64,000 nucleotides of DNA, taken from assembly GCA_965206675.1 (NCBI GenBank), contig CBDBKL010000007.1, positions 226,338 to 290,337 of the forward strand, in the 5' to 3' direction. The DNA comes from Bdellovibrionales bacterium (lineage in GTDB: Bacteria > Bdellovibrionota > Bdellovibrionia > Bdellovibrionales > JAKFYE01). The notes under the pieces were generated by a model. That model searched no databases. It had not been told where the DNA came from and saw nothing but the letters and a program-made list of their open reading frames with translations. Shown in pieces: positions 37,887-47,097 of this stretch; position 1 is the stretch's first letter, and each line of letters begins with the position of its first letter. Position numbers and translations under genes: made by a program.

Positions 37887-39074
37887 TTATGTATGTCGTA
37901 AATTTTTACATAAGTCACGAGTAATATTTTTTTGATGAGCCTCCAGTGTTCCACCACCAATTTCTAATAATTTTGCATCTCTCCAGAGTCTTTCAACTAT
38001 ATATTCTCCCACATATCCATAACCTCCTAAAACTTGAATGGCTCTATCAGCAATATTTTTAGCCGTAGTTGTTGCCACAAGTTTAACGCCATCTGAGTGA
38101 AGACGTTGGCCTCCTTTTTGAAGATCTATCTTGCGGGCTACTTCATAGACATAGGTTCGTACAGATTGAAGTTCTGCAAAACTATTGGCGATATAACTTT
38201 GGATTTGTCCAAAGTGAGAAAGAGATTTTCCAAAAGCTTTTCTTTCATTGGCATATTTAATCATAATATCTAAACTTCTTAAGGCGATACCTAAAGCTTG
38301 AGCTGCTAAAGTGATGCGTTCTATTTCTAAATTGCGCATCATATGTATTAAGGATTCGCCTTCTTGGCCTAACAGATGAGACTTTGGAACTTCACACTGT
38401 TCAAAAACAAGTTCTGCTGTATTTGAAGAACGCATTCCCAATTTATCGTAAATTTTTTGTCCTACAGAAAAACCTTTCATACTTTTTTCTATTAAAAATG
38501 TAGAAATTTGTTCTTCTTTTGTTTTTGCATAGACTAGGGAAACATCACAGGGTGTGCGGTTTTCATCAATAGATCCATTGGTAATCCACATTTTTTGACC
38601 ATTGAGAAGGTAACCATTGTCTTTTTTAGATGCTGTTGTGGACATGCCTAAAACATCTGTTCCCACAGAAGGTTCTGACATGGCCATTGAGCCAATCCAT
38701 TCACCACTGCATAACTTTGGTAAAAAATGATGTTTTTGTTCATCGTTGGCATTGATAAAAATATTGTTAACACACAACATGGAATGAGCTAGGTAGGCTA
38801 GGCCAAATCCGGGATCACTCTTAGAGAGCTCTTCATGTACAATGACAGCAGCAACAGCATCCATACCAGCTCCTCCAAAGTCTGGGGATACAGTGAGGCC
38901 TAAAATTCCCAATTGTCCTGTCTTACGAAATAAATCTATATTGAATTGTTCTTTTTTATTGTATTCATTAGCTTGAGGTTCTACTTCATTTTTAACAAAC
39001 GACTGAAGGGTATCACGAAGCATTTTGTGTTCTTCAGTGGGATTAAAAAGATCAAAAGTTTTCCATTCTGCCAT
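37887..39074 (-). CDS. acyl-CoA dehydrogenase (isovaleryl-CoA dehydrogenase-like)
   Basis: Full-length ACAD similarity (MWITNG, C-terminal EIGGGT). Confidence 0.85.
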   Translation of the reverse strand: MAEWKTFDLFNPTEEHKMLRDTLQSFVKNEVEPQANEYNKKEQFNIDLFRKTGQLGILGLTVSPDFGGAGMDAVAAVIVHEELSKSDPGFGLAYLAHSMLCVNNIFINANDEQKHHFLPKLCSGEWIGSMAMSEPSVGTDVLGMSTTASKKDNGYLLNGQKMWITNGSIDENRTPCDVSLVYAKTKEEQISTFLIEKSMKGFSVGQKIYDKLGMRSSNTAELVFEQCEVPKSHLLGQEGESLIHMMRNLEIERITLAAQALGIALRSLDIMIKYANERKAFGKSLSHFGQIQSYIANSFAELQSVRTYVYEVARKIDLQKGGQRLHSDGVKLVATTTAKNIADRAIQVLGGYGYVGEYIVERLWRDAKLLEIGGGTLEAHQKNITRDLCKNLRHT

Positions 39075-39087
39075 AAATATTGCCTGG

Positions 39088-40236
39088 TTATTGCAGTTCT
39101 ATTTTTGCAATAGTTTGAAGTTGCATATTACTTGTTCCTTCATAAATTTGTCCAATTTTAGCATCTCTATAAAATTTTTCGACAGGGTATTCTTTAACAA
39201 AACCATTTCCTCCAAAAAGGTCTATAGCCTGTGAACATATTTTTTCACTAGCTCTAGAGGCAAACAACTTTGCAATGGCAGCTTCTCGGAGAAATTGTTT
39301 TTTTGCATCTTTTAGGCGAGCTGCATTATATACAAGTAATCGTGCTGCTTCGAGTTCCATACGCATTTCTGCAATTTGTGCCTGGACCAATTGAAACTGA
39401 CTGATAGGTTTTCCAAATTGTTCACGATTTTTTACATATTCCACTGTAGCTTCATAAGCTCCCTGAGCGATGCCAACCATTTGGGCTCCAATTCCTATAC
39501 GTCCCTCATTTAATGTTTCAATGGCAACTTTATAACCTTTGCCTTCTTCTCCCACGACATTTTCTTCAGGAATAATACAATCTTCAAAGATAAGTTCACA
39601 TGTTGAACTGGCACGAATTCCCAACTTATCTTCTTTTTTTCCAATGGAAAACCCAGGGGAGTCCTTTTCCACTAAAAACGCTGTAATACCTTTATAACCT
39701 AATTCGGGATTGATATTGGCAAAAACAAGAAAGACATGAGCCTCTTTTCCGTTTGTTATCCATAGTTTGTTTCCATTGAGTTTCCAGCCATCAGAGACTT
39801 TTTCAGCTCGTAATTTTAAAGCAAAAGCATCGCTCCCGCTGCCACTCTCAGAAAGAGCATAGGCGGCAACCCACTCTGTTGCCATTTTAGGTAGATATTT
39901 TTTTTGAAGCTTTTGATTGGCCCATTTCAAAAGTGCATTTGTTACTAAAGTGTTTTGCACATCAACCATGACGCTTACGGAACCATCAACGCGACCTAAT
40001 TCTTCAACAGCTAAACAGGCCATTGTAAATGTACTGCCAACTCCACCAAGATTTTCTGGGGTTTCAATGCTCATAAGGCCCATTTCAAAAAGCTTTTTTA
40101 TAATATCAGAGTGAAATTCAGCAGATTCATCCATTTCTTTAACTTTTGGTTTAATTTCATTTTCGGCGAATAGACGAACAGCTTCTTTAAAGTCAGATTC
40201 TTCTTCAGTAAGAACTGTTAAAGGTTGCATTGTCAC
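39088..40236 (-). CDS. acyl-CoA dehydrogenase (short/branched-chain type)
   Basis: Full-length ACAD similarity (LWITNG, IYEGTSN). Confidence 0.88.
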   Translation of the reverse strand: MTMQPLTVLTEEESDFKEAVRLFAENEIKPKVKEMDESAEFHSDIIKKLFEMGLMSIETPENLGGVGSTFTMACLAVEELGRVDGSVSVMVDVQNTLVTNALLKWANQKLQKKYLPKMATEWVAAYALSESGSGSDAFALKLRAEKVSDGWKLNGNKLWITNGKEAHVFLVFANINPELGYKGITAFLVEKDSPGFSIGKKEDKLGIRASSTCELIFEDCIIPEENVVGEEGKGYKVAIETLNEGRIGIGAQMVGIAQGAYEATVEYVKNREQFGKPISQFQLVQAQIAEMRMELEAARLLVYNAARLKDAKKQFLREAAIAKLFASRASEKICSQAIDLFGGNGFVKEYPVEKFYRDAKIGQIYEGTSNMQLQTIAKIELQ

Positions 40237-40304
40237 TTCCTTCTATCTATTTATTGAATAATTCCTAGTAAGTGAAGAATGGGATATGCTAAGGTCTTGA
40301 GTCA

Positions 40305-40697
40305 ATGAATATCATAAGAGTTTTAATTGCTAAACCTGGGTTAGATGGACATGATCGGGGAGCCAAAGTTGTTGCCCGTGGTTTGCGTGATGCGGGATTT
40401 GAAGTTATCTACACAGGGCTTCATCAAACCCCAGAGATGATTGTTTCGGCAGCCTTAGAAGAGGACGTTGATATTATTGGCCTCTCAATCTTAAGCGGAG
40501 CCCATATTCCTTTGATTCAATCCATTCAAGAACTGATGAAAGCAAAAGGGTTTGAAAAACCGATCTTTGTAGGTGGTATTATACCTGAGAATGATGCGGA
40601 GCGACTGCGCCAATCCGGCGTAAAATCTGTCTTTGGTCCAGGGACATCATTGAGTGAAATTGTGGATAGAGTGAAATCTATCGTTAAAGAATCATAA
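40305..40697 (+). CDS. cobalamin-binding subunit of a split acyl-CoA mutase (methylmalonyl/isobutyryl-CoA mutase small subunit)
   Basis: [14 protein letters not shown] (DxHxxG B12 motif). 130 aa, stand-alone. Confidence 0.85.
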   Translation: MNIIRVLIAKPGLDGHDRGAKVVARGLRDAGFEVIYTGLHQTPEMIVSAALEEDVDIIGLSILSGAHIPLIQSIQELMKAKGFEKPIFVGGIIPENDAERLRQSGVKSVFGPGTSLSEIVDRVKSIVKES

Positions 40698-40711
40698 AAA
40701 ACTTTCTGTCA

Positions 40712-40812
40712 TTGACTGTGTTGCAATTGTTTTTACTCCGACGTAGGAAAAACTACGCCTCCATTCGTTTTGTACGCCTTGTATCTAACATTTTTTCAGC
40801 AACCTTCTTATA
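40712..40812 (-). repeat. Family-1 repeat, copy 1e (inverted, degenerate, no closing arm)
   Basis: The reverse complement reads ATAAGAAGGTTGCTGAAAAAATGTTAGATACAAGGCGTACAAAACGAATGGAGGCGTAGTTTTTCCTACGTCGGAG... Confidence 0.75.
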
Positions 40813-41044
40813 TAGACATTAATTATTAAAATGTAGAAAAAGCTAATCTGCTAAGGAAAGTCTAGCCCTTCTTTTTAATATAGGAAGATATGGCTAATGA
40901 AAAATTGTGTTTGAGACACGAGACACTAATGCTTCAAAAGGATATCATTCTCTAAAATCTGAAATTTCGATGAGCTTTAACATAAAAGTTTTAGATTTTA
41001 GAAATTAAATTTCACACCTATTTTTAATAACTTAGCCTCAAGTC

Positions 41045-41073
41045 TTGACAAACTACTAGTTTTTATGTAGTTT
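41045..41073 (+). promoter_or_regulatory. candidate TA promoter with overlapping operator palindrome
   Basis: TTGACA (41045-41050), 17-nt spacer, TAGTTT (41068-41073). 13-bp perfect palindrome AAACTACTAGTTT (41050-41062) plus a third TAGTTT half-site. Confidence 0.5.
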
Positions 41074-41087
41074 AGAGAGAGGCAGGG

Positions 41088-41414
41088 ATGGCGGTTAAAA
41101 AAATAGATTACTATGTTACTGAAAATGGCAAGGAACCCTTCCTTGAGTGGGTTAATAGTTTGGACATTGCTAGTCAGATTAGGGTTGACCGTTTTATCCA
41201 AAGAGTTGCTCAAGGCGGTGCTAAAAAGTCGATTAGAAGTTTAAAGAATGGTGTTTTTGAAATTAAAATTCCTCATGGATCTGGATTGAGAATATATTTT
41301 GGAGAAGTTGGAAACAAGTACATTCTTCTTTTAGTTGGTGGAGATAAAGGAACTCAAAGTAAGGACATTAAAAGAGCTAAAGAATATTGGAGTAATTATG
41401 GCAAACAGAAATAA
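41088..41414 (+). CDS. higB: type II toxin, RelE/HigB-like 'addiction module killer' family
   Basis: ~108 aa. The YVTENGKEPFLEW...GVFEIKI..GLRIYF pattern is typical of the TIGR02683-type toxin. Toxin-first order and a 17-nt overlap with the antitoxin. Confidence 0.8.
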   Translation: MAVKKIDYYVTENGKEPFLEWVNSLDIASQIRVDRFIQRVAQGGAKKSIRSLKNGVFEIKIPHGSGLRIYFGEVGNKYILLLVGGDKGTQSKDIKRAKEYWSNYGKQK

Positions 41415-41712
41415 AAGCTATGATGAAGTATTAGCAAGCAAATTTGAAAATCTTAAGTTTGCTCAAGGTTATTTGCTTAATATAGTTAAAAACGAAGGAC
41501 TTTCTATTGATGAAGCACTTTGCGAAACGATCAAGGCAATGGGGTTACAAAATTTTGCTGATAAATCTGATCTCTCTATCCAGGGAGTTTCGGACTTTGT
41601 TGCAAAAAGGCAGAAATGGAGTACAGATAAACTTTCGAAGCTCATTAACGAAGTCTTTAAGTTAAAAGTTAAACTGATTTTAGAAGTTCCAAAATCAAGC
41701 GAGGTCGCTTGA
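41398..41712 (+). CDS. higA: HTH antitoxin, HigA-like 'addiction module antidote' family
   Basis: ATG 41398 (MANRNKSYDEV...). ~104 aa with an HTH-like centre. Paired with the upstream toxin. Track start 41335 lies inside the toxin gene. Confidence 0.75.
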   Translation: MANRNKSYDEVLASKFENLKFAQGYLLNIVKNEGLSIDEALCETIKAMGLQNFADKSDLSIQGVSDFVAKRQKWSTDKLSKLINEVFKLKVKLILEVPKSSEVA

Positions 41713-42014
41713 ACTAGAATTTCTATATTATTATATTTAATCATAAATTTATTTTGTTTTTTATTCTTATTCTTATTGAGGAACAAAGGAGGTGGTAAAT
41801 ATATCAATAGTTATTAGTTGTACTCATGGAAAAAAACTGGAAAAAGGATATTAGAAATGCTCTGTAAAAATATTACCCCATCTTTTGTCTGGATAGCTAT
41901 TGGAAAAAATTCTCTCCTAGATATTCAATTTTTTTTCCAGAGCGCAGAGCGTATCGTGAGAAAGAGCAAGTTAATAATCAAACATAAAAGAGAAAATCGC
42001 ATAAAGAGCCAGAC

Positions 42015-42132
42015 GGACTTTTCAAAAAGCGTTAGATACGAGGCGTTCAAGCTCAAACCGAACGGTTTTTCCTACGTTGGAGTGAAGGTTTGAGTGATTA
42101 CAACGAAGTAGATGACGCTTTTTGAAAAGTCC
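42015..42132 (+). repeat. Family-1 repeat, copy 1f (complete arms with compensated sequence; central hairpin partly deleted)
   Basis: Arms CGGACTTTTCAAAAAGCGT / ACGCTTTTTGAAAAGTCCG form a perfect 19 bp. The core GATACGAGGCGTTCAAGCTCAAACCGAACG is conserved. Confidence 0.85.
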
Positions 42133-42183
42133 GCAGATACAATTAGTTGATTGTATAGCGGAGTTTATGTAACCATATAGGGT

Positions 42184-42837
42184 ATGGATCAAGATTTATT
42201 GTTAAAAATACCATTGTATTTTATTCCCTTTCTTTTCTCTCTGACATTTCATGAGTATGCTCATGGATGGATGGCTTTAAGACGTGGTGATAACACAGCC
42301 TTAATGTTGGGAAGGTTGTCTTTAAATCCCTTAGCTCATGCCGACCCTATCGGGACCTTTTTCTTTCCTTTAATTGCCATTATTATGCCCGGAGGATATT
42401 TTTTTGGTTGGGCTAAACCTGTTCCAGTCAATCCCAGAAATTTAAAGAATGAAAGAGTCGATATGTTTTGGATTGCGGCAGCAGGACCACTTTCCAATAT
42501 TCTTTTAGCTATCATAGGAGCATTTGTCTACGTGATATTAAATGGGCATATTGAAAATCTAGGACGGGCAGAGGTCGGAGAAGGTTTTTTCGGAGTGTTT
42601 ATCTTTATAAATCTTTTATTGGCAGTTTTTAATTTGATTCCGCTTCACCCTTTAGATGGAGGAAAAATTTTAGCACGTTTTTTACCTCATAATATCAATT
42701 ATCTTTTAGAACGGAATCAACATATTACAGGTATTGTCTTACTTGTGCTTCTTTTTACAGGTGGTTTAAGGTATATTATTTATCCTGTTTTTTATTCAGC
42801 AAATATTTTAATTTACGCAGCAGAATCTATTTTTTAA
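42184..42837 (+). CDS. site-2 protease family membrane zinc metalloprotease
   Basis: HEYAHG zinc site, NLIPLHPLDGG motif, polytopic. Confidence 0.8.
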   Translation: MDQDLLLKIPLYFIPFLFSLTFHEYAHGWMALRRGDNTALMLGRLSLNPLAHADPIGTFFFPLIAIIMPGGYFFGWAKPVPVNPRNLKNERVDMFWIAAAGPLSNILLAIIGAFVYVILNGHIENLGRAEVGEGFFGVFIFINLLLAVFNLIPLHPLDGGKILARFLPHNINYLLERNQHITGIVLLVLLFTGGLRYIIYPVFYSANILIYAAESIF

Positions 42838-42850
42838 GCGGAGCCTTATT

Positions 42851-43861
42851 GTGGAAAAAAAAATAAAACGCGTAATGAGTGGTATGCGATCAACAGGGCC
42901 AATGCATATTGGGCATTATTTTGGAGCTCTTAAAAATTGGCTTGATTTGCAGGAAAAACACACGTGTTTTTTTGGTGCTATGGATTGGCATGCACAAACA
43001 TCTCTATATAAAACTACAAAAACTGTAGATCCTTTTATTAAAGATAATATTGCGGAATGGATTGCATGGGGCTTGGATTTTGAGAAAAATTACATCTATG
43101 TGCAAAGTGGAGTTCCTGAAACACTTGAGTTGTATATGATTTTTGCAAATTTAACTCCTATGGGATGGCTAGAGAGAGTTACAACTTGGAAGGGTGCCAT
43201 TGAGGAGATGAAGCAAAAAGATATTTATAACTTAGGACGCTTTGGCTATCCTGTCTTACAGACTGCAGATATTTCTATAATGGAAGGTGAGTTGGTTCCT
43301 GTAGGGCAAGATCAGGTCGCCCATTTGGAGATATCAAGAGAGATTGTGAGACGATTTAATCGCTTGTATAAAGCACAATTGCCCGAGCCCAAGGCCCTAT
43401 TGACAAATACACCGCATGTAGTGGGTCAAGATGGGCGAAAAATGTCTTCAAGCTATGAAAACTTTATCGGCCTCACAGATGAGCCTAAAAAGGTGAAAAA
43501 GGCCGTCAATAAAATGGTAACTGACCCTCAGAGGGTAACCCGAGAAGACCCTGGAGAACCAACAGTTTGCTCTGTATACGCCCTACACAAGCTCTTTAGC
43601 TCATCTGAGGACTTAAAGTGGGTAGAAAGTGGCTGTCGTTCAGCAGGGATTGGCTGTGGAGATTGCAAATTAAAATTATCTAATAATATCAATAGATTAT
43701 GTGAAGAACCTCGTGAAAAGAAAAAAGAACTCTTGAATCATCCTCAACGTCTTGATTCAATAATTGCCGAGGGGTGTTATAAGGCTAGAAAAGTGGCTCA
43801 GGAGACGCTTAGGAAAGTTAAAGAAACTATGGGATTATATTTGAGTGGAGGAACAAGTTGA
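42851..43861 (+). CDS. trpS: tryptophan--tRNA ligase
   Basis: GPMHIGHY (HIGH) and KMSSS (KMSKS). GTG start. Confidence 0.93.
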   Translation: MEKKIKRVMSGMRSTGPMHIGHYFGALKNWLDLQEKHTCFFGAMDWHAQTSLYKTTKTVDPFIKDNIAEWIAWGLDFEKNYIYVQSGVPETLELYMIFANLTPMGWLERVTTWKGAIEEMKQKDIYNLGRFGYPVLQTADISIMEGELVPVGQDQVAHLEISREIVRRFNRLYKAQLPEPKALLTNTPHVVGQDGRKMSSSYENFIGLTDEPKKVKKAVNKMVTDPQRVTREDPGEPTVCSVYALHKLFSSSEDLKWVESGCRSAGIGCGDCKLKLSNNINRLCEEPREKKKELLNHPQRLDSIIAEGCYKARKVAQETLRKVKETMGLYLSGGTS

Positions 43862-44664
43862 TTCAAGTTGAGTTAGAACAGTTTGAAGGGCCATTGGGAT
43901 TGCTTCTTTATCTTATTCGTAAAGAAGAGATGGATATCTATGATATTCCTCTTCATCAAATCACTTCGCAGTACATGGATTATGTAAAGCGCATGAAAGA
44001 ACTCAATTTGGAAGATGTTGGGGACTTTATTGCAATGGCAGCGACTTTAATACATATGAAATCTAAAATGTTACTTCCTCAACATGGTGAAGACACTGAC
44101 GAAGAGGAAGACCCTAGGACAGACCTTGTACAAAAACTCTTAGAATATGAACAGTTTCAAAAGATATCAAAAGATATAGATAAACAGTCTTTAATTGGAA
44201 GAGATGTTTGGATTAGGGGACAAAATGAGGCTTTCATAGAAACAGAAGATAATACAATTATTCTTCAAGAAGATTCTCTTTTTACGTTAATAGGTATGTA
44301 CAAACGTATGGCTAAAAATTTAAAAGCCAATGTTCATAAAATTTTTAAAAAGACACAATCAATAGCTTCAAGAATTTTAGAAATGCAATTTGTTCTTCGT
44401 CCAGGGCAACGTAAAATGTTTTCAGAACTCGTGCCCGCATCTGATGGGAATAAAAAGTTAATTACATTTTTATCATTACTAGAATTGGCTAAAATGGGTT
44501 TTGTTAAAGTTTTTCAAAATAGAACTTATGAAGAAATCTATATAGAGTCTCAAAAAGCTATTCAAAAAGATATTATCAATGAAGTTGAGGAATATGAGTA
44601 CAAAGAAAAACCTGTTGATTTTGAGTTTTCAAATTTGGATTTTTCTGAAACAGGCGAGAAATAG
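43858..44664 (+). CDS. scpA: segregation and condensation protein A
   Basis: FEGPLGLLLYLIRKEEMDIYDIPL N-terminus. TTG start overlaps the trpS stop. Confidence 0.88.
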   Translation: MIQVELEQFEGPLGLLLYLIRKEEMDIYDIPLHQITSQYMDYVKRMKELNLEDVGDFIAMAATLIHMKSKMLLPQHGEDTDEEEDPRTDLVQKLLEYEQFQKISKDIDKQSLIGRDVWIRGQNEAFIETEDNTIILQEDSLFTLIGMYKRMAKNLKANVHKIFKKTQSIASRILEMQFVLRPGQRKMFSELVPASDGNKKLITFLSLLELAKMGFVKVFQNRTYEEIYIESQKAIQKDIINEVEEYEYKEKPVDFEFSNLDFSETGEK

Positions 44665-44700
44665 AAAGTAAAATAGGATAAAGAAAAGGTAAAAATTATT

Positions 44701-45597
44701 ATGGATAAAGATCAATTGATATCTATTATTGAGAGCGCATTGTTTGCAACAAATAAACCGTTAAGTCTGATATCTCTTCAGCAAATTTTTATTGATACTG
44801 ACGTTCAAAGGAAGGATATACAAGAAGCTATAGAAGATTATAAAAATATTTTAATGAAAAAAGATAGAGGTATAACTTTAGAGGAAGTTGGCGGAGGTTA
44901 TCAATTACGTACTAAACTAGAAAATAGAAACTATCTTAAAAAAATGACAAAAAAGAGACCTTTTAGGATTTCAGCTCCTGCATTAGAAGTCCTTTCCATT
45001 ATTGCCTATAAACAACCTTTAATTAAATCAAAGGTTGATGAAATTAGAGGTGTTGAGTCTGGTCATCTTCTGAGAGTGCTTATGGATAAAGGGCTGATAG
45101 GATTTGCTGGAAAGAGCGATTTACCTGGAAAACCTATTCAATACAAAACAACTCGCCATTTTTTAGAAACGTTTAGTTTAAAATCTTTAAAGGATCTGCC
45201 TACTTTGTCTGAAATTGAAGAATTATTACCGGATGGCATGGATACTCATTCTGAAGACTCATTGGATAACATTACTGATAATTTCTCTGTTCAAACGGAA
45301 AAAAGTTATTCTGAAGGTGAAGAAGAATTGAGTAAGATCGTCAATAAACTTTCTACGATTGACACATCAACTGAATTTTTCGAAGAGGAAAAACAAAAAA
45401 GAAAAGAAAAAAGAACAATGGAAAAGGCGCAAGATATCCGTGAAGCTCTCACTATTGGTTCAGAGGTCAGTGAGCGAGATATAAAATGGCTTGAAAAATT
45501 TGAAGAGAAGCAAAATGCTCCAAAGGATTCTGATGTTACACTTTCAACTGATGAGGATATTGAACCTAACACGCTGGAAAAAACACCAGAAATTTAG
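44701..45597 (+). CDS. scpB: segregation and condensation protein B (with acidic C-terminal extension)
   Basis: IIESALFATNKPLSL and the winged-helix pair. scpA-scpB order. Confidence 0.88.
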   Translation: MDKDQLISIIESALFATNKPLSLISLQQIFIDTDVQRKDIQEAIEDYKNILMKKDRGITLEEVGGGYQLRTKLENRNYLKKMTKKRPFRISAPALEVLSIIAYKQPLIKSKVDEIRGVESGHLLRVLMDKGLIGFAGKSDLPGKPIQYKTTRHFLETFSLKSLKDLPTLSEIEELLPDGMDTHSEDSLDNITDNFSVQTEKSYSEGEEELSKIVNKLSTIDTSTEFFEEEKQKRKEKRTMEKAQDIREALTIGSEVSERDIKWLEKFEEKQNAPKDSDVTLSTDEDIEPNTLEKTPEI

Positions 45598-45608
45598 GAA
45601 GGTCATTC

Positions 45609-46178
45609 TTGCAGCATTTATGGAAAATAGCTTTATCTTTATTTATTATTTACCATTGCTTGATTGTTTTTTTGTATCCTAACCGCATATCCTACCTTAA
45701 TGTTTTTATTCAACCCTACACCTTAGCCTACGCTAATCTAGTGGGTTTAAATACTCCTTGGCAGTTTTTCTCACCAGATCCAGGGCCAGCTTTATATTTA
45801 AAATCCTATATATTTAAAGATGATAAACAAATTGCTGAACACTTATTTCCAGATGAAAAAGATGTTTATTTTTTTCGTTCTATGTTTAATCGAAAAACAG
45901 CTGCCGCTCGATTCTTAATAAAATCTAAGGATAGAGCGGAAAGAATATTTATTCCTTGGTTATGTTCACTCTATCCAGAGGCAACTTCTATTAGTGTCCA
46001 TCAGAGAATAGTCAAAGTTGTGTCTTTAGCAGATGTTAGAGGGGGAGAGGAATTAAATCAAATGAATGAGGGTATGGATAAATATTTTGTAACAGATGAT
46101 TGTACCAAAGTTAGTAATTTTAAAGATTTTATAAATGAAGATAGTGGAGATGTTTTTGAAGATGAAAGGTCTTTTTAA
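45609..46178 (+). CDS. DUF5819-like membrane protein (usual partner of HTTM proteins)
   Basis: N-terminal TM helix and a NTPWQFFSPDPG motif. TTG start. Overlaps the next gene. Confidence 0.45.
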   Translation: MQHLWKIALSLFIIYHCLIVFLYPNRISYLNVFIQPYTLAYANLVGLNTPWQFFSPDPGPALYLKSYIFKDDKQIAEHLFPDEKDVYFFRSMFNRKTAAARFLIKSKDRAERIFIPWLCSLYPEATSISVHQRIVKVVSLADVRGGEELNQMNEGMDKYFVTDDCTKVSNFKDFINEDSGDVFEDERSF

Positions 46179-47097
46179 AGTGTTAAAAGAAAAATTGATC
46201 TCGGGCTTAAAAATTTGGAATCAATTTTGGTTTTTACCTAAAGGGACATTTACAGGCTCTTTATTTCGTTGTCTTGTCACATTTTTCATTTTTGTTTTTT
46301 ATTTTTCTCGTATCTTAGAATTTGAATTGTATTTTAGTGAATCTGGAATGCTACCATATAGTGCATTACAGGATATAGTTCCCCGTTTCTATCAAACTAT
46401 TTTTCCAATTTATCCATCTACGGAAGGGCTTCTTTTTTCCTACCATATATTATTTCTTTTTCTTCTTATTTTAATGATTCTTGGGTTAGGAGGTAGAGTT
46501 ATTGCCGTGTTGGCATTCTGTCTTCATATGATGTTTTTTCACCGTAATTATATGATTTTATATGGAGTTGATTTTATATCTAGTATAGCACTTTTTATGT
46601 GTATCTTTTTGAAAACAGATAATTATTTTACTGTGCTTAATTTTTTCAAAAAGAAAAAACAAATTCCCCATGGAGGAAAAGATTTAAAAGGTGATCTGTT
46701 ACATTCCGTAGGTTGTCGTTTACTACAACTTCAAATTATGTCTGTTTATGCCTATAGTGGTATGGAAAAACTCAGAGGAGCTACTTGGTGGCAGGGAGAT
46801 GCTATTTGGAATACGCTTGCCAATGGGCAATTAGCTAAGATTAATTTTAGTTTTTTAGCACATGTACCTTTAGTTTTAGTTCTTCTTACTTTCTTTACAG
46901 TTTTATGGGAACTGTATTTTCCTATATTAGTTTGGATTCCTAGAATTAAATATTGGATTTTAGGTCTTGGAGTGGTTTTTCATTTAGGAATTGGTTTTAT
47001 GATTAATATTCCATATTTTTCTATTTTAATGGTATTGAGTTATCTTATTTACTTAGATTATGATCGAGATCTCAGACAATGGTATAAAATATCATGA
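46135..47097 (+). CDS. HTTM-domain (vitamin K-dependent gamma-carboxylase-like) membrane protein
   Basis: Polytopic. LAFCLHMMFFHRNYMILYGVDF-type HTTM core. The start could be 46150 or 46162. Confidence 0.6.
   Translation: MKIVEMFLKMKGLFKVLKEKLISGLKIWNQFWFLPKGTFTGSLFRCLVTFFIFVFYFSRILEFELYFSESGMLPYSALQDIVPRFYQTIFPIYPSTEGLLFSYHILFLFLLILMILGLGGRVIAVLAFCLHMMFFHRNYMILYGVDFISSIALFMCIFLKTDNYFTVLNFFKKKKQIPHGGKDLKGDLLHSVGCRLLQLQIMSVYAYSGMEKLRGATWWQGDAIWNTLANGQLAKINFSFLAHVPLVLVLLTFFTVLWELYFPILVWIPRIKYWILGLGVVFHLGIGFMINIPYFSILMVLSYLIYLDYDRDLRQWYKIS

Noticed and set aside
40953-41012. 10-bp inverted repeat TCTAAAATCT ... AGATTTTAGA upstream of the TA promoter
   Set aside because: It is an AT-only sequence in an AT-rich spacer, so chance occurrence is plausible and there is no supporting context.
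41818-42093. 91-aa ORF from the track (TTG start) between the antitoxin and the site-2 protease
   Set aside because: Its C-terminal third is a read-through of family-1 copy 1f (…RYEAFKLKPNGFSYVGVKV). It has no RBS and a non-ATG start, and the repeat has frame-breaking indels in other copies. Most likely not a gene.
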